Assembly (NCBI GenBank): GCA_963737905.1
Contig: CAVTUQ010000040.1
Span: 1 to 64,000, forward strand
Origin: an uncultured delta proteobacterium
GTDB taxonomy: Bacteria; Desulfobacterota; Binatia; UBA9968
Reading direction: 5' to 3'
DNA: 64,000 nucleotides
Shown here piece by piece: positions 1 to 9,178 of this stretch. The notes under the pieces were generated by a model. The model worked only from the letters and a program-made list of their open reading frames with translations, searched no databases and was not told where the DNA came from. The translations under genes were made by a program, and so were the position numbers. Numbering within the stretch: the stretch's first letter is position 1; each line of letters begins with the position of its first letter.

Positions 1-603
1 CTCGGGATATTGATCCTTAGGCGTGGCAAGGATGTTGAAGCCTCTCTGCTTGAGATCTTCCGCATCCGCAGACGACAGCGGGGCGCACTCCACTTTTCCG
101 CCCAGCAATGCATCCAAATGACGCTGCCTGGAAGGTCCTATCCTCACCCACTCCACATCGCGCTCCAGGTCCAATCCTGCTTTACGTAGCTGAACCTGCT
201 GCACCCAGTGGCGAATGCTATTGTAGTCGCTGATGCCGACTCGATTGCCCTTTAGATCCTTTAGGGATTTGATGTGAGGCGGGCCAATCATAACGCCCGG
301 TACCTGGTTTCTCCAGCCCGCGATAATGTAGATGTCTGCGCCCCGCGCACGCTGGAAAAAGATCGTTCGGGATTGGACGTCCAGAGCGATATCCACGGAT
401 CTTTCCTTCATTCCCTGCGAAATCCCGAGCTTCTCCAGGCCAAAAGGGACCATGGGATCCCGAAGGATCTCATAAGCCCGAGATCCGTCCGCGGTTTTGA
501 GTCCCTCGTCGGACAAAAGATTCATCTCGTGAGCCGCCATGATGGGGACGATGTGAAGCGTATGATAACAAGTCGGACCTATCCTGAGTTTCCCCTCTCG
601 CAT
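1..603 (-). CDS. NMT1/SsuA-like solute-binding-fold protein, 3'-truncated by window edge; no obvious signal peptide
   Basis: Manually translated from ATG 603 with RBS GGAGG: MREGKLRIGPTCYHTLHIVPIMAAHE...IKSLKDLKGNRVGISD...LRKAGLDLERDVEWVRIG; 'DLKG..VG' and 'GLD.ERDV' are typical of this family; frame open to position 1. Confidence 0.8.
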   Translation of the reverse strand, partial: MREGKLRIGPTCYHTLHIVPIMAAHEMNLLSDEGLKTADGSRAYEILRDPMVPFGLEKLGISQGMKERSVDIALDVQSRTIFFQRARGADIYIIAGWRNQVPGVMIGPPHIKSLKDLKGNRVGISDYNSIRHWVQQVQLRKAGLDLERDVEWVRIGPSRQRHLDALLGGKVECAPLSSADAEDLKQRGFNILATPKDQYPE

Positions 604-1108
604 GATACCTCCCTTGAGAACTGCCATAGGATCATAAAAGACCTATTTCTTTTCATTTCTCTGCGCCCGCGTGTTGCAACGTACTTTGAAGTGTCTATAC
701 ACCCGTGTCGGCAACCTCTGCATGAATTGGCTCGGAAGAACTGCATTCTCTCCCGTGGAAACTTGTTTTCCGGTCCTGAGCGTCACTTTACCGTCGAATT
801 TCCGTGTCCAACGGGGGGAGAGTGCTTCTATCGCGCATAACATCCGCATGCTGGCGGGGTCAATAGAGCGCGGAGCCTAGCGTCGATCAGCGTATCCGTG
901 GACAAACGGTGCTCTTGTCATTCGGAAATTTCTATCGCGAGCAAGCTAAATGTTGGATTGCAAGGCCTGATCAGACCAGACGCGCTCTCACTCGTTGACA
1001 TTCTGGAAGGGAAAGCGTCCCGACTTCTCCGGCGTAAGCCCGGAAGACAGCTCACGCAACTTTGAAGATTGCAAGAGAGATTGAGATCATTCGCTGCGCC
1101 GCTTCCCG

Positions 1109-1885
1109 TCACGTCTCCATTAACAGCAAAGACAGCTCGGAAGGCGCTATGATCATCGCGTCATGTCCGGCTTCAATGGGCGTGAACGACCAACTCCGAT
1201 CGGCTTTGACACGTTCGTGCGTCGCGACGAGTGGAAGATAAGGCGGCCTTACCGCCGCGATATAAGTTCGTCTCAGGCCAGTGCTCCCTTTATTTTTGAG
1301 CGTAATTTTTCCGAGGTAGGACTGCAGCGGCATGGGCCGGAGACGCTGCTCAACCCAGGCAAAGTCCGAGCCTTCAGTGACGGCGAAAGCATCCGGCGGT
1401 GGCGGGGGTAGCCCTACGCCATTGCCCTGTTCGCGCACCGCTTTCAGTCGCGCTTCTCTCAGCTCCGCGCTGTTGGAGTCCGACCAACCGAAGGATGCGC
1501 CGGCCGACATATCGTCCGGAAGGGTGGCATCCAAGTAAACATAGTGAGAGACGCGCTCCCGCAAAATGTCGGCAACACCGGTAATGACCAACCCTCCGTA
1601 GCTGTGGCCCACAAGAACGAAATCCTTCAGTTCTTCCGCTTCGATAAGGGAAAGAATGTCGTCAACATGTGTTTGAAGAGAAATATCCTTCGAAAAGAGA
1701 TGAGCGCGATCCCCCACTCCCGTCAGGCTCGGTGCGAAGACACGGCAACCGTTGGCCGTCAGCCTATCTTGCACCGGACGCCAGCACCAACCGCCATGCC
1801 ACGCCCCATGCACCAGCACGAAGGTACGTGTCGGAGGCAAAGAGGCCATACTAGTCCCGCCTTCAACCGATGAACTCGCCGTCAT
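1109..1885 (-). CDS. Alpha/beta hydrolase (methylesterase/SABP2-like)
   Basis: FVLVHGAWHGGWCW, nucleophile elbow GHSYGG, C-terminal GHDAM. Confidence 0.9.
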   Translation of the reverse strand: MTASSSVEGGTSMASLPPTRTFVLVHGAWHGGWCWRPVQDRLTANGCRVFAPSLTGVGDRAHLFSKDISLQTHVDDILSLIEAEELKDFVLVGHSYGGLVITGVADILRERVSHYVYLDATLPDDMSAGASFGWSDSNSAELREARLKAVREQGNGVGLPPPPPDAFAVTEGSDFAWVEQRLRPMPLQSYLGKITLKNKGSTGLRRTYIAAVRPPYLPLVATHERVKADRSWSFTPIEAGHDAMIIAPSELSLLLMET

Positions 1886-2254
1886 ACGCGTCCAGCTTTA
1901 GATCATAGTCGCTCGGCATTGCGGCTGTGACAGGTAGCCCAAAAAATCTCTGAGGAATTTCCACAGCATAAAGCAGATTCTTGTTCGGCCCTGAAGCTAA
2001 AGTCAATAGCAAGCGGCGACGTCATTTCGCGAATTTTGCGCCGGTTACGTAGAGGTTTTTGTTCGTTGTCTTGCAAAGCGCTAAGGATCTTGCATTTTGA
2101 CATTTCGGATTTTTGTCGGCACCACGCAGCTACGAAAAATCTAAATTGAATAAATCTGCTCACTGACTGGCTTGGTCTCATGGTCAAAAAAATTAATAGC
2201 CGGCGCCGGGATTAATGGTCTTAGGCAGGAAGCCGCCGTTACGGAGACCTTCTC

Positions 2255-3613
2255 TCAGAGGACAACGGGTTTCTTGACGAGGCTTTCGGTAACGAATGGG
2301 AAATTGTACGCTAGCCAGGCGTCGATCCCGCCTTCGAGCGGGCGAACCCTGGTGATTCCTTTGGCTCGCAGCAGCAGCGCCACCCGGGCGCTGGTCGCTT
2401 CGTTGGGTCACGAGCAGTAGAGAACGACGTCGCGATCCCGGGGAATCTCTCCGTGGCGCTCTTCGATCTCTTCCATGGCTATACGAAGCGCGCCCGGGAT
2501 CATCTGAGGAAACGCCTCGATATCCATGGGCTGGCGCAAGTCCACGATTGAAATGGTTTCTCCGCCCGTGAGTTTGTCCATGAGTTCTTTCGGAGTGATG
2601 CGCGCAATGCGCAGCCGACGGAGAAAGCGTCGCCGCTGGATGAACTTCCACAAAACATAAGCTGCCAAACTTCCGGCCAGGACTGCGACTAGCCAACCGC
2701 CCCAGCGCAGTGCGATCCGCTCGAGTTGATCGCTGAAAATTAAGCCCAAGCTCGTGACGGTGACGACCCAGAAGAGTCCGCCCAGGGAATCGAAGATCAG
2801 GAAACGTCGCACGGGCATGCGAAAGACTCCCGCTAGAGACGGTGCCGCGGTATTGAGGCCGGGTATAAATTTGGCAACGAGCAAAGAACGGACGCCATGC
2901 CGGATGAAAAGGTTCTCAGTCCGCCGCACGCATGAGTCCGGTTCGAGGGAAATGCGGCACAGTAGCTTCAGTATGCGGCCGCCGCGGTAACGGCCTAGAG
3001 AGTACCAGAACAGGTCAGCCAAAATAACCGCGATGAATGCCAAGGCCACCGCGAACGTCAAATTCATCTTGCCGGCACGGGCCAGCGCGCCGGCCGCGAT
3101 CAACAGAGGAGCAGCCGGGATAGGCAGACCCATCTGTTCGAGCAGCACCCACCCGAACAGTAGAGCGTAGCCGTGCCTAATCAGGAAGTCGGCCGCTTGT
3201 TCCAGGCTCAAATCCCGGGAGGAACGGGCTGCCTCGGGCAATACGCTCGCAAAAAAGAAACTAAGGACAGTCAATATCAGCGCCGCAATCGCCGATTCGA
3301 GATAGATCCAATGAGCCTGGGAGCGGAGTCGTTTCTCGGCGCCTTCATCTCCGACCGGCTCTTCGGTGCCGTTCATCTTGCGCGCGCCGCGCGCGGCCAG
3401 AGCGACTCAGGTCTTTTTGCGAGCCTGGGAAATAGCGAGAGTTCCCATCCAGAACGGCAGAAATAGCGCCGAATACCACCAGCGGCTTACATCTGCATTC
3501 GTGAAAATGACCGCCAGGACGACGCCCATGGCGAGCATGGCGACACCCATGAGCAGGCGCTTACGGATTTCCTTTGGCCCGATATTGGCGAGCTCTACCT
3601 TTCCGACATTCAT
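2255..3613 (-). CDS. Probable double selenoprotein, 452 aa (U69, U402): small membrane domain + DedA/VTT + rhodanese (CxU)
   Basis: ORF 3407-3613 reads through TGA (3407-3409) via VALAARGARK in frame into ORF 2408-3376; its TGA (2408-2410) falls in VVLYCS*PNEATSARVALLLRAKGITRVRPLEGGIDAW, which completes the rhodanese domain before TGA at 2255-2257; DedA motifs EQMGLPIP and KFIPGL; a hairpin follows each UGA. Confidence 0.85.
2375..2393 (-). promoter_or_regulatory. Putative bacterial SECIS hairpin for UGA 2408-2410
   Basis: Perfect 7-bp stem CAGCGCC/GGCGCTG with loop CGGGU, starting 14 nt after the UGA. Confidence 0.75.
3376..3401 (-). promoter_or_regulatory. Putative bacterial SECIS hairpin for UGA 3407-3409
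   Basis: Stem GCGCGC-GGC-GCGCGC (3380-3394) starts 12 nt after the UGA; possible lower UCU/AGA pairing. Confidence 0.6.
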
Positions 3614-3803
3614 CGAAAACTACCTGTGCTTTTTATTAATTTTTCGATCTCCGCTCGGGTCTCACCCCTTAATAGCCGACATGGTTGCGCGTCAAATCCT
3701 TACTTTTCACTTTTTTAAGAATCGTAAGCTTCTGCAAGCTTGGAACGCGCCGCGACGCCGCGGAATGAGCGGTGCAGTTACTCGATCTATTTCACCGCAC
3801 GCT

Positions 3804-4080
3804 TCATGGCGAAGTTGTGCCCTCTTGCACGCGGAAGTCAGGATCCCAGCCGAGCTCGCGCCGCGCCTTTGCCACTGAAATTAGCGGTGACGGCTCCGCG
3901 ATGTTGTATATTCCCGGCGCCCCTCGGTCGATCGCCAGTGCCGCGGCCAGACGACTCGGGTCGTGAATGAGGGCAAGATCCGTGAGCTGGTGCACCACGA
4001 CGTCTGGCTTAACCTCCAGCATCGCCCGGCTCAATTGCGGCGCGTCGAAGACATCGACAACGATGGGCTGGATCCCCGTG
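3804..4080 (-). pseudogene. Internally deleted NAD-dependent epimerase/dehydratase remnant
   Basis: GIQPIVVDVFDAPQLSRAMLEVKPDVVVHQLTDL joined almost directly to C-terminal AAALAIDRGAPGIYNIAEP...KARRELGWDPDFR; no start, no GxxGxxG, no middle. Confidence 0.7.
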
Positions 4081-4083
4081 CTC

Positions 4084-5087
4084 TCACTTACGATACAGGC
4101 TCTGGATGAAACCGCTTTGATCCAGTTCCCGAACGAAGCTCTGATCGGCGACGTCCTCGAAAGTCAATTTCGTTTTTTCGGCTTTAGAGCCGGCGGTTAC
4201 CTGACTGATCACCGGCTCGATCCCCTCTCGCGTCGGGTAGGGGGTCGAGGCGGTTTTATCGGCATAATAGGCGTAAGTCTCTTCCAGCACCGCAGGCTCA
4301 TTTTCTCTCAAGTATCGCGCCATGATTTTCTTGCTCTCGTCCGGGTGGGTTTTGAAATAGTGAACCCCTTCCACATAAGCGCGGACAAATCTCCTGACCG
4401 CATCGCGATTGCTATTGATGAACGAGCGGGTCGTGGCGATGGAGCCGAAGTCATAATGAAAACCCATATCGACGAGATCCGCCAAGATGCGAAGCCCGAA
4501 TTGCTTGGCCACCAGCAGCGTAGGAGCGCCCAGCAAAGTCGCGTCCACAGCTCCCTGCTTGAGAGCAGCCAGTCTTGTGGATTGGCCGCCGCTCTGTCGA
4601 ACGACACTTTTCCGCTGTCAAGCCCGTCTTCTCGAGAAAATAGCGCGCGGCAAAATCGGTCGTCGACCGAACGTGCTGATCGCCAATTTTTTCCCCCGCA
4701 GGTCCTCGGGCTTTTTAATTTCCGGTCGCGCGACAACCTGAAAAGGAAGCGTAGGCATGACCGAGAGGATAAGCACCGTATCGGCTCCCTTGGCGTGGGC
4801 CTGAATGCTCGGGCCGCTGCCCGTGTTTCCGAGCCTCAAGTCGCCGGCCACCATCGCCTGGGTGATCCGCGAGCCGGACTCGATGTAAATGAAGTCAACG
4901 TCAAGCCCATTTTTCGCCGTGAACCCCGCCTCTTTCGAAATCCCGGGCTGCTATTCATGCTCGTTATGGCATTGTACCCCACCCGCATCTTCTCTAGTTT
5001 CTGAGCGGCAACCGGCTCCCGGAGAATCAACAGTAATAAACCCAAAAGCATCCCGCCCAATACCTTGGAGCCCAATTTTGTAATCAT
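4084..5087 (-). pseudogene. NMT1/SsuA-type ABC substrate-binding protein split by several frameshifts (pseudogene or assembly error)
   Basis: Fragments 4836-5087 (signal peptide, KMRVGY), 4618-4854 (IKKPEDLRGKKLAIS) and 4084-4548 (VRRFVRAYVEG...RELDQSGFIQSLY) lie in different frames. Confidence 0.75.
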
Positions 5088-5135
5088 GCGTGAATCCTCT
5101 TTCTGCGCAGCGCAGAGTCTAATGATGCAGCCGAC

Positions 5136-5454
5136 TCATCCCGCTTTGAGTTCCTGCTCTAATCGTTCCGCAAGCCATATCCGGGCAAGGGTCGTTGCGT
5201 CCGTTGTGCGCTGGCGCGCAAGCTTGCTTAGGACTGCCTTCATGGCCGGCGGTAAGCGCATATTGAGTTGGGCGGTATTGTCCTGGAAAATAGCCTCTCG
5301 AAGCGCTTCGTCCAAATCGCTGTGATCCTCGACGACCTCGGATATGCCTGATTCCAACCGATCGAATACGTCATGGGATTTTGTCCAGTCGGATAATCTC
5401 TTCATCCGTCGACTTGCCGGTCAGGCGAGAAGCTCTTAGTTTGGTCTTTTTCAT
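5136..5454 (-). CDS. Putative antitoxin (CopG/RHH-like C-terminus), apparent frameshift near 5391
   Basis: ATG 5454 overlaps the toxin stop (ATGA); MKKTKLRASRLTGKSTDEEII continues in another frame as DWTKSHDVFD...QLNMRLPPAMKAVLSKLA...LARIWLAERLEQE. Confidence 0.6.
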
Positions 5455-5708
5455 CTTCGGTATCTCCGATAGCGCCGTTTTTGTGCCTCAGTCATGCCGT
5501 TCATATGAAAAACTCTTAGCCGATGATCGGGCAAGACACGATAGACAACGTGAGGATAAGATCCACTGAGATTTCTGCCCAGCAATTCATAAACTTCGTC
5601 AAGACCACGTTGGCTCCGAATTTTTAAATAATCCACTGCCAAAAGTTCATTAAAGTCTTGTTTCGTGTAGCCGTGCCGAAATGCTGAGCTGGCGAACACG
5701 ACCTCCAT
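5451..5708 (-). CDS. Putative BrnT/RelE-fold-like toxin
   Basis: 85 aa basic protein, F..SA..HG...ELLGRNLSG..HVVY...RVFHMNGMTEAQKRRY, directly upstream of an antitoxin-like gene. Confidence 0.6.
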   Translation of the reverse strand: MEVVFASSAFRHGYTKQDFNELLAVDYLKIRSQRGLDEVYELLGRNLSGSYPHVVYRVLPDHRLRVFHMNGMTEAQKRRYRRYRR

Positions 5709-6098
5709 CGGACGGATTCTAGCAAGTTGCTATACGCACCGCAAATCACAGGACGCAGGAGGGCGCTACTCGGGCTGATTGGAAAACGTCGCGACTGACC
5801 AATTCCCTTTCCTCGTCTCGCCGGGCAATACTTTTCTACTCTAGGGATCGGCACGATTACGCTTTTGCCGTCGTCGATCTTGCGTATCGTGCCAGCAGGC
5901 CCCTGTCCACCTCCGTCCTTGACAACTCAACCGCCGGGGAACTAGATGTTAGCCAAACCAGCGCAAATTAAGAAACCCGACACACGGAAGCTCCCGACCA
6001 AAGGGAAGAAGATCTTTCTTAGGTTGCTCCAGTTGCCCGGGTTGACATCTTTGCGCCTTATCGGGAAAGATCTCTACTCTTCATCGTACGGATCGCCG

Positions 6099-7118
6099 AT
6101 GGTAAAAATTGTCGCAACATTCATTTGTCTGTATTTTACTCTTATCGCTCGCGCAGACGTGCGCGCTGCGGTGGCAAAACCGAGGGTGGTCATCGCCCAT
6201 GCGGCGATGAATTTCCGGGTCGCACCGCTGTGGGTTGCGCAGGACCAGGGTTTCTTCAGCAAATACGGTATCGACTCAGAAGTTATCTATATGCGCGGCG
6301 GGCCGACGCTGTTGTCCGGCATGTTGTCCGGTGACATTCAAGTCGGTTGGACCGCGAGCGGCATCATAGCGCCGGTTGCCGAGGGCGCTGACTTCGTTAT
6401 CGTCGCCGGATTCAACAACCGAGTGACCGACGAACTGATCGTCCGACCCGGCATCAGGCGACCCGAAGATTTACGCGGCAAACGCTTCGGCGTACAGAGC
6501 ATCGGCGGCGGCGGTTGGATGGGCGTGATGTTGGGCTTGGAGTCACTGGGACTGGAACCAAAGCGCGACGATATCCGAATGTTGGTCATCGGCGATAATA
6601 CCGTCCGCGGTCAAGCCCTCGAAGCCGGCATCATCGACGCCACGTCCCTCGACGGCGTTTTTAGCCGCAAGGCGAAAGCCAAAGGCTTCATCAGCTTGGC
6701 CGATTTTTCCAATGCGAATATACCGATCATGAACCATTTGATGGCGGTCAAGAAAGGTTATCTGCAGCGGCAGCCGGAGATCGTCGAAAACGTTTTGCGG
6801 GCGCTGGTCGAAGGGCTGGCTTTCACCTGGTCGCCGAAAAGTAAAAGCGCCGTGCTCAAGAGCGTTATGCGCCGGCTGAGAATCACCGATACCGCGCTCG
6901 CCGAAGAAGGCTACCAAGAATTGCTGACGCGCGGCGGCCTCGAAAAGATACCCCATCCCTCCCTGGAGGGAATGCGCAATGTACAACGCTTGATGCAAGT
7001 CAGTAATCCCCGCGTCCGCGAAGTCAAGCTGGAGGAGGTCGTCGACCGTAGCCTCATGCGCAAACTGGAAGACAGCGGCTTCATCGAGCGCATGTATAAT
7101 CTTTATCCGGCAAAGTGA
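6099..7118 (+). CDS. NMT1/SsuA-type ABC substrate-binding protein
   Basis: Signal peptide MVKIVATFICLYF...; APLWVAQDQGFFSKYGID, EDLRGKRFGV; start 6099 preferred over 5946. Confidence 0.85.
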   Translation: MVKIVATFICLYFTLIARADVRAAVAKPRVVIAHAAMNFRVAPLWVAQDQGFFSKYGIDSEVIYMRGGPTLLSGMLSGDIQVGWTASGIIAPVAEGADFVIVAGFNNRVTDELIVRPGIRRPEDLRGKRFGVQSIGGGGWMGVMLGLESLGLEPKRDDIRMLVIGDNTVRGQALEAGIIDATSLDGVFSRKAKAKGFISLADFSNANIPIMNHLMAVKKGYLQRQPEIVENVLRALVEGLAFTWSPKSKSAVLKSVMRRLRITDTALAEEGYQELLTRGGLEKIPHPSLEGMRNVQRLMQVSNPRVREVKLEEVVDRSLMRKLEDSGFIERMYNLYPAK

Positions 7119-7525
7119 TCGTGTTTTGGGCACCCATCGCAGCCCATTGGGATCATGTCTTCTATTTTGAGATTTCGGTTTTTCGTCGGCCTCACCACGT
7201 GATCAACGTGAGAGTGTTGCCCTGTTGTTTCAGTTTGGACGAATTAGTCCCCAGAACCAAAGGTGAAACGGCTGCTATAAGTATTGATACCACTTACTGC
7301 TATAGGGCAGATGATCGAAGAGACTTGCTGCAATCCTTTAACACCCCGATCTGATCGTTTTCCACCAGCACATTTCGAACTATCGGAATCTCAAGGGGAT
7401 TCGAACCTCAAGCGATTGAAAAATGACGTGTCGGTAAAGAGCTTGAAGTAATCGACGCTTTAAAGTTAAAAGGAGTGGAAAATAAAAGCCGCATTCTCGA
7501 ACCTCCCGAGTCAAAGGAGCATAAA

Positions 7526-8578
7526 ATGCCAAACAGAGTTTTTAAGCTGCCGATGAGGTCGCGTTTAGCGATAACATTCGCGGTTCTATTGATTACGCTG
7601 AGTGTGAACGAAGAGCTCGCTCGCAGCGCTGCGTCTTTTTATGAAGGGAAAACAATTCGAATTGTCGTTGGGACCTCGCCAGGAGGTGGTTACGATACGT
7701 ACACGCGCCTGATCGCCCGCCATTGGAGCAAATATATTCCAGGGAATCCTGGCATCATCGTCGACAACATGCCTGGCGCAGGGGGATTGGTTTCTGCGAA
7801 CCATCTCTTCAAAGTCGCCAAGCCCGACGGGCTCACCATCGGCCATTTTGTCGGCGGACAGTTTCTTCAACAGCTTCTCGGCAAGCCGGGCATTGAGTTC
7901 GATGCACTCAAGTTCGAGTACATCGGGGTACCGGCTCAAGATAATTTTGTCTTCAGCGTGGCTAAGACGACGGGTATCACCGGAATAGAGCAATGGTTGG
8001 CATCCAAAACGGCGGTCAAGTTCGGCGCCATCGCAGCCGGGGATGGAACCTATGACACGCCCAAAGTGGCCGAGGTCGCTCTCGGTCTGCCGATCCAGGT
8101 GGTATCGGGCTACAAGGGGACTGCGCCCATTCGGTTGGCATTCAACAGTGGCGAGGTCGGCGGTCTGAGTAATTCGTGGCAATCGCTTCGCTCGACGTGG
8201 AGGAAAGAACTTGAAACCGGTGAAGTGGTAATTGTGCTCCAGCTTAGCGCGAAGCCGCACCCGGACCTCCCCAAGGTGCCTTTGGCGATGGATCTCGCTA
8301 AGACAGACGAGGCGAAAAAACTCATTCAGGCAGTGGCGCAAGCGCACGGCGCCGCGGTGCGTCCGTACGTCCTGCCTCCCGGCACGCCAAAGGATCGGGT
8401 GGAGATCCTGCGCACCTCGTTTATGGCCGTCGTCAAAGATCCGGAACTGCTCAAAGAGGCCGCCAAGGCGAATTTAGAAATCAATCCAGGATCGGGGGAA
8501 GACCTCGAGCGTAACGTCAAAGAACTTCTCCGTCTCGATCCGGCTCTGGTCACCCGCCTCAAGGAAATTTTAAAATAG
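7526..8578 (+). CDS. tctC: Tripartite tricarboxylate transporter substrate-binding protein (Bug/TctC)
   Basis: FYEGKTIRIVVGTSPGGGYDTYTR, VDNMPGAGG, KPDGLTIG; RBS AAGGAG before ATG 7526. Confidence 0.88.
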   Translation: MPNRVFKLPMRSRLAITFAVLLITLSVNEELARSAASFYEGKTIRIVVGTSPGGGYDTYTRLIARHWSKYIPGNPGIIVDNMPGAGGLVSANHLFKVAKPDGLTIGHFVGGQFLQQLLGKPGIEFDALKFEYIGVPAQDNFVFSVAKTTGITGIEQWLASKTAVKFGAIAAGDGTYDTPKVAEVALGLPIQVVSGYKGTAPIRLAFNSGEVGGLSNSWQSLRSTWRKELETGEVVIVLQLSAKPHPDLPKVPLAMDLAKTDEAKKLIQAVAQAHGAAVRPYVLPPGTPKDRVEILRTSFMAVVKDPELLKEAAKANLEINPGSGEDLERNVKELLRLDPALVTRLKEILK

Positions 8579-8620
8579 GCAAGCAAGCTGACGGCTTCAA
8601 ATTTTGCCAGCGGGCGGCTG

Positions 8621-8860
8621 TGGGTCGGACCCAGACAAGTCCTTGATTTGTCCGCATAAGCTAGCATAAAAAGCATCAGTCAAGCGCTTAGACCGGCATT
8701 TTTGATGCGGAGAAGCGACTCCTCATCAGTAGGTTCAAGCCGTTCCAGCCGTTCAATCGCTACCGCTCCGTTCAAACCGTTTTACCGAATGTAAATAGGG
8801 GACGAATAGGTTTTTCAAAAATACTATTTGACAGGAAAAACAAATGCTGGGGTCGGACCC
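8621..8860. repeat. Two GGGTCGGACCC palindromes and a GTTC(A/C)A tandem tract upstream of a RAYT remnant
   Basis: TGGGTCGGACCCA at 8621-8633, GGGGTCGGACCC at 8849-8860; GTTCAAGCC/GTTCCAGCC/GTTCAATCG tract at 8733-8782. Confidence 0.6.
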
Positions 8861-8968
8861 GCGCAACCTATTTAATCGCTCATGTAAATAACGTAATTAG
8901 GGCCGATTTGGAGGCTTAGACGTGTGTTTTTGGCGAGCAAATGCAAATGCACGCTCTAAGATAGACAC

Positions 8969-9165
8969 ATGCCGCGCGCCAATCGCCATTTCTTACCCGG
9001 TTATATCTGGCACGTCACTCACCGCTGCCATCGAAAGAGTTTTCTGCTGAAGTTTCCGCGCGATCGGCATTCTTATCTGCGCTGGGTTTTCGAAGCGAGG
9101 AAGCGCTTCGGTCTTTCGGTACTCAATTACATCGTGACGTGCAACCACGTTCACCTTTTGGTTAG
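8969..9165 (+). mobile_element. Truncated REP-associated tyrosine transposase (RAYT, Y1 HUH family)
   Basis: MPRANRHFLPGYIWHVTHRCH...NYIVTCNHVHLLV; similarity stops right after the HUH motif and the catalytic Tyr region is missing. Confidence 0.8.
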
Positions 9166-9178
9166 GCCGCGGTTCCGG

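Noticed and set aside
274-880. Short ORFs 274-840, 643-849 and 671-880
   Set aside because: No recognisable motifs; 274-840 is antisense to the SBP gene and the rest looks like its upstream region
2255-3613. Genome-wide UGA reassignment (Trp/Gly) as the explanation for read-through
   Set aside because: Many genes here end at TGA at natural C-termini, including ATGA overlaps, and Trp is encoded by TGG
7394-7412. tRNA T-arm-like GGTTCGAATCCCC on the minus strand
   Set aside because: The T-stem pairs poorly, and no acceptor, D or anticodon arms can be built
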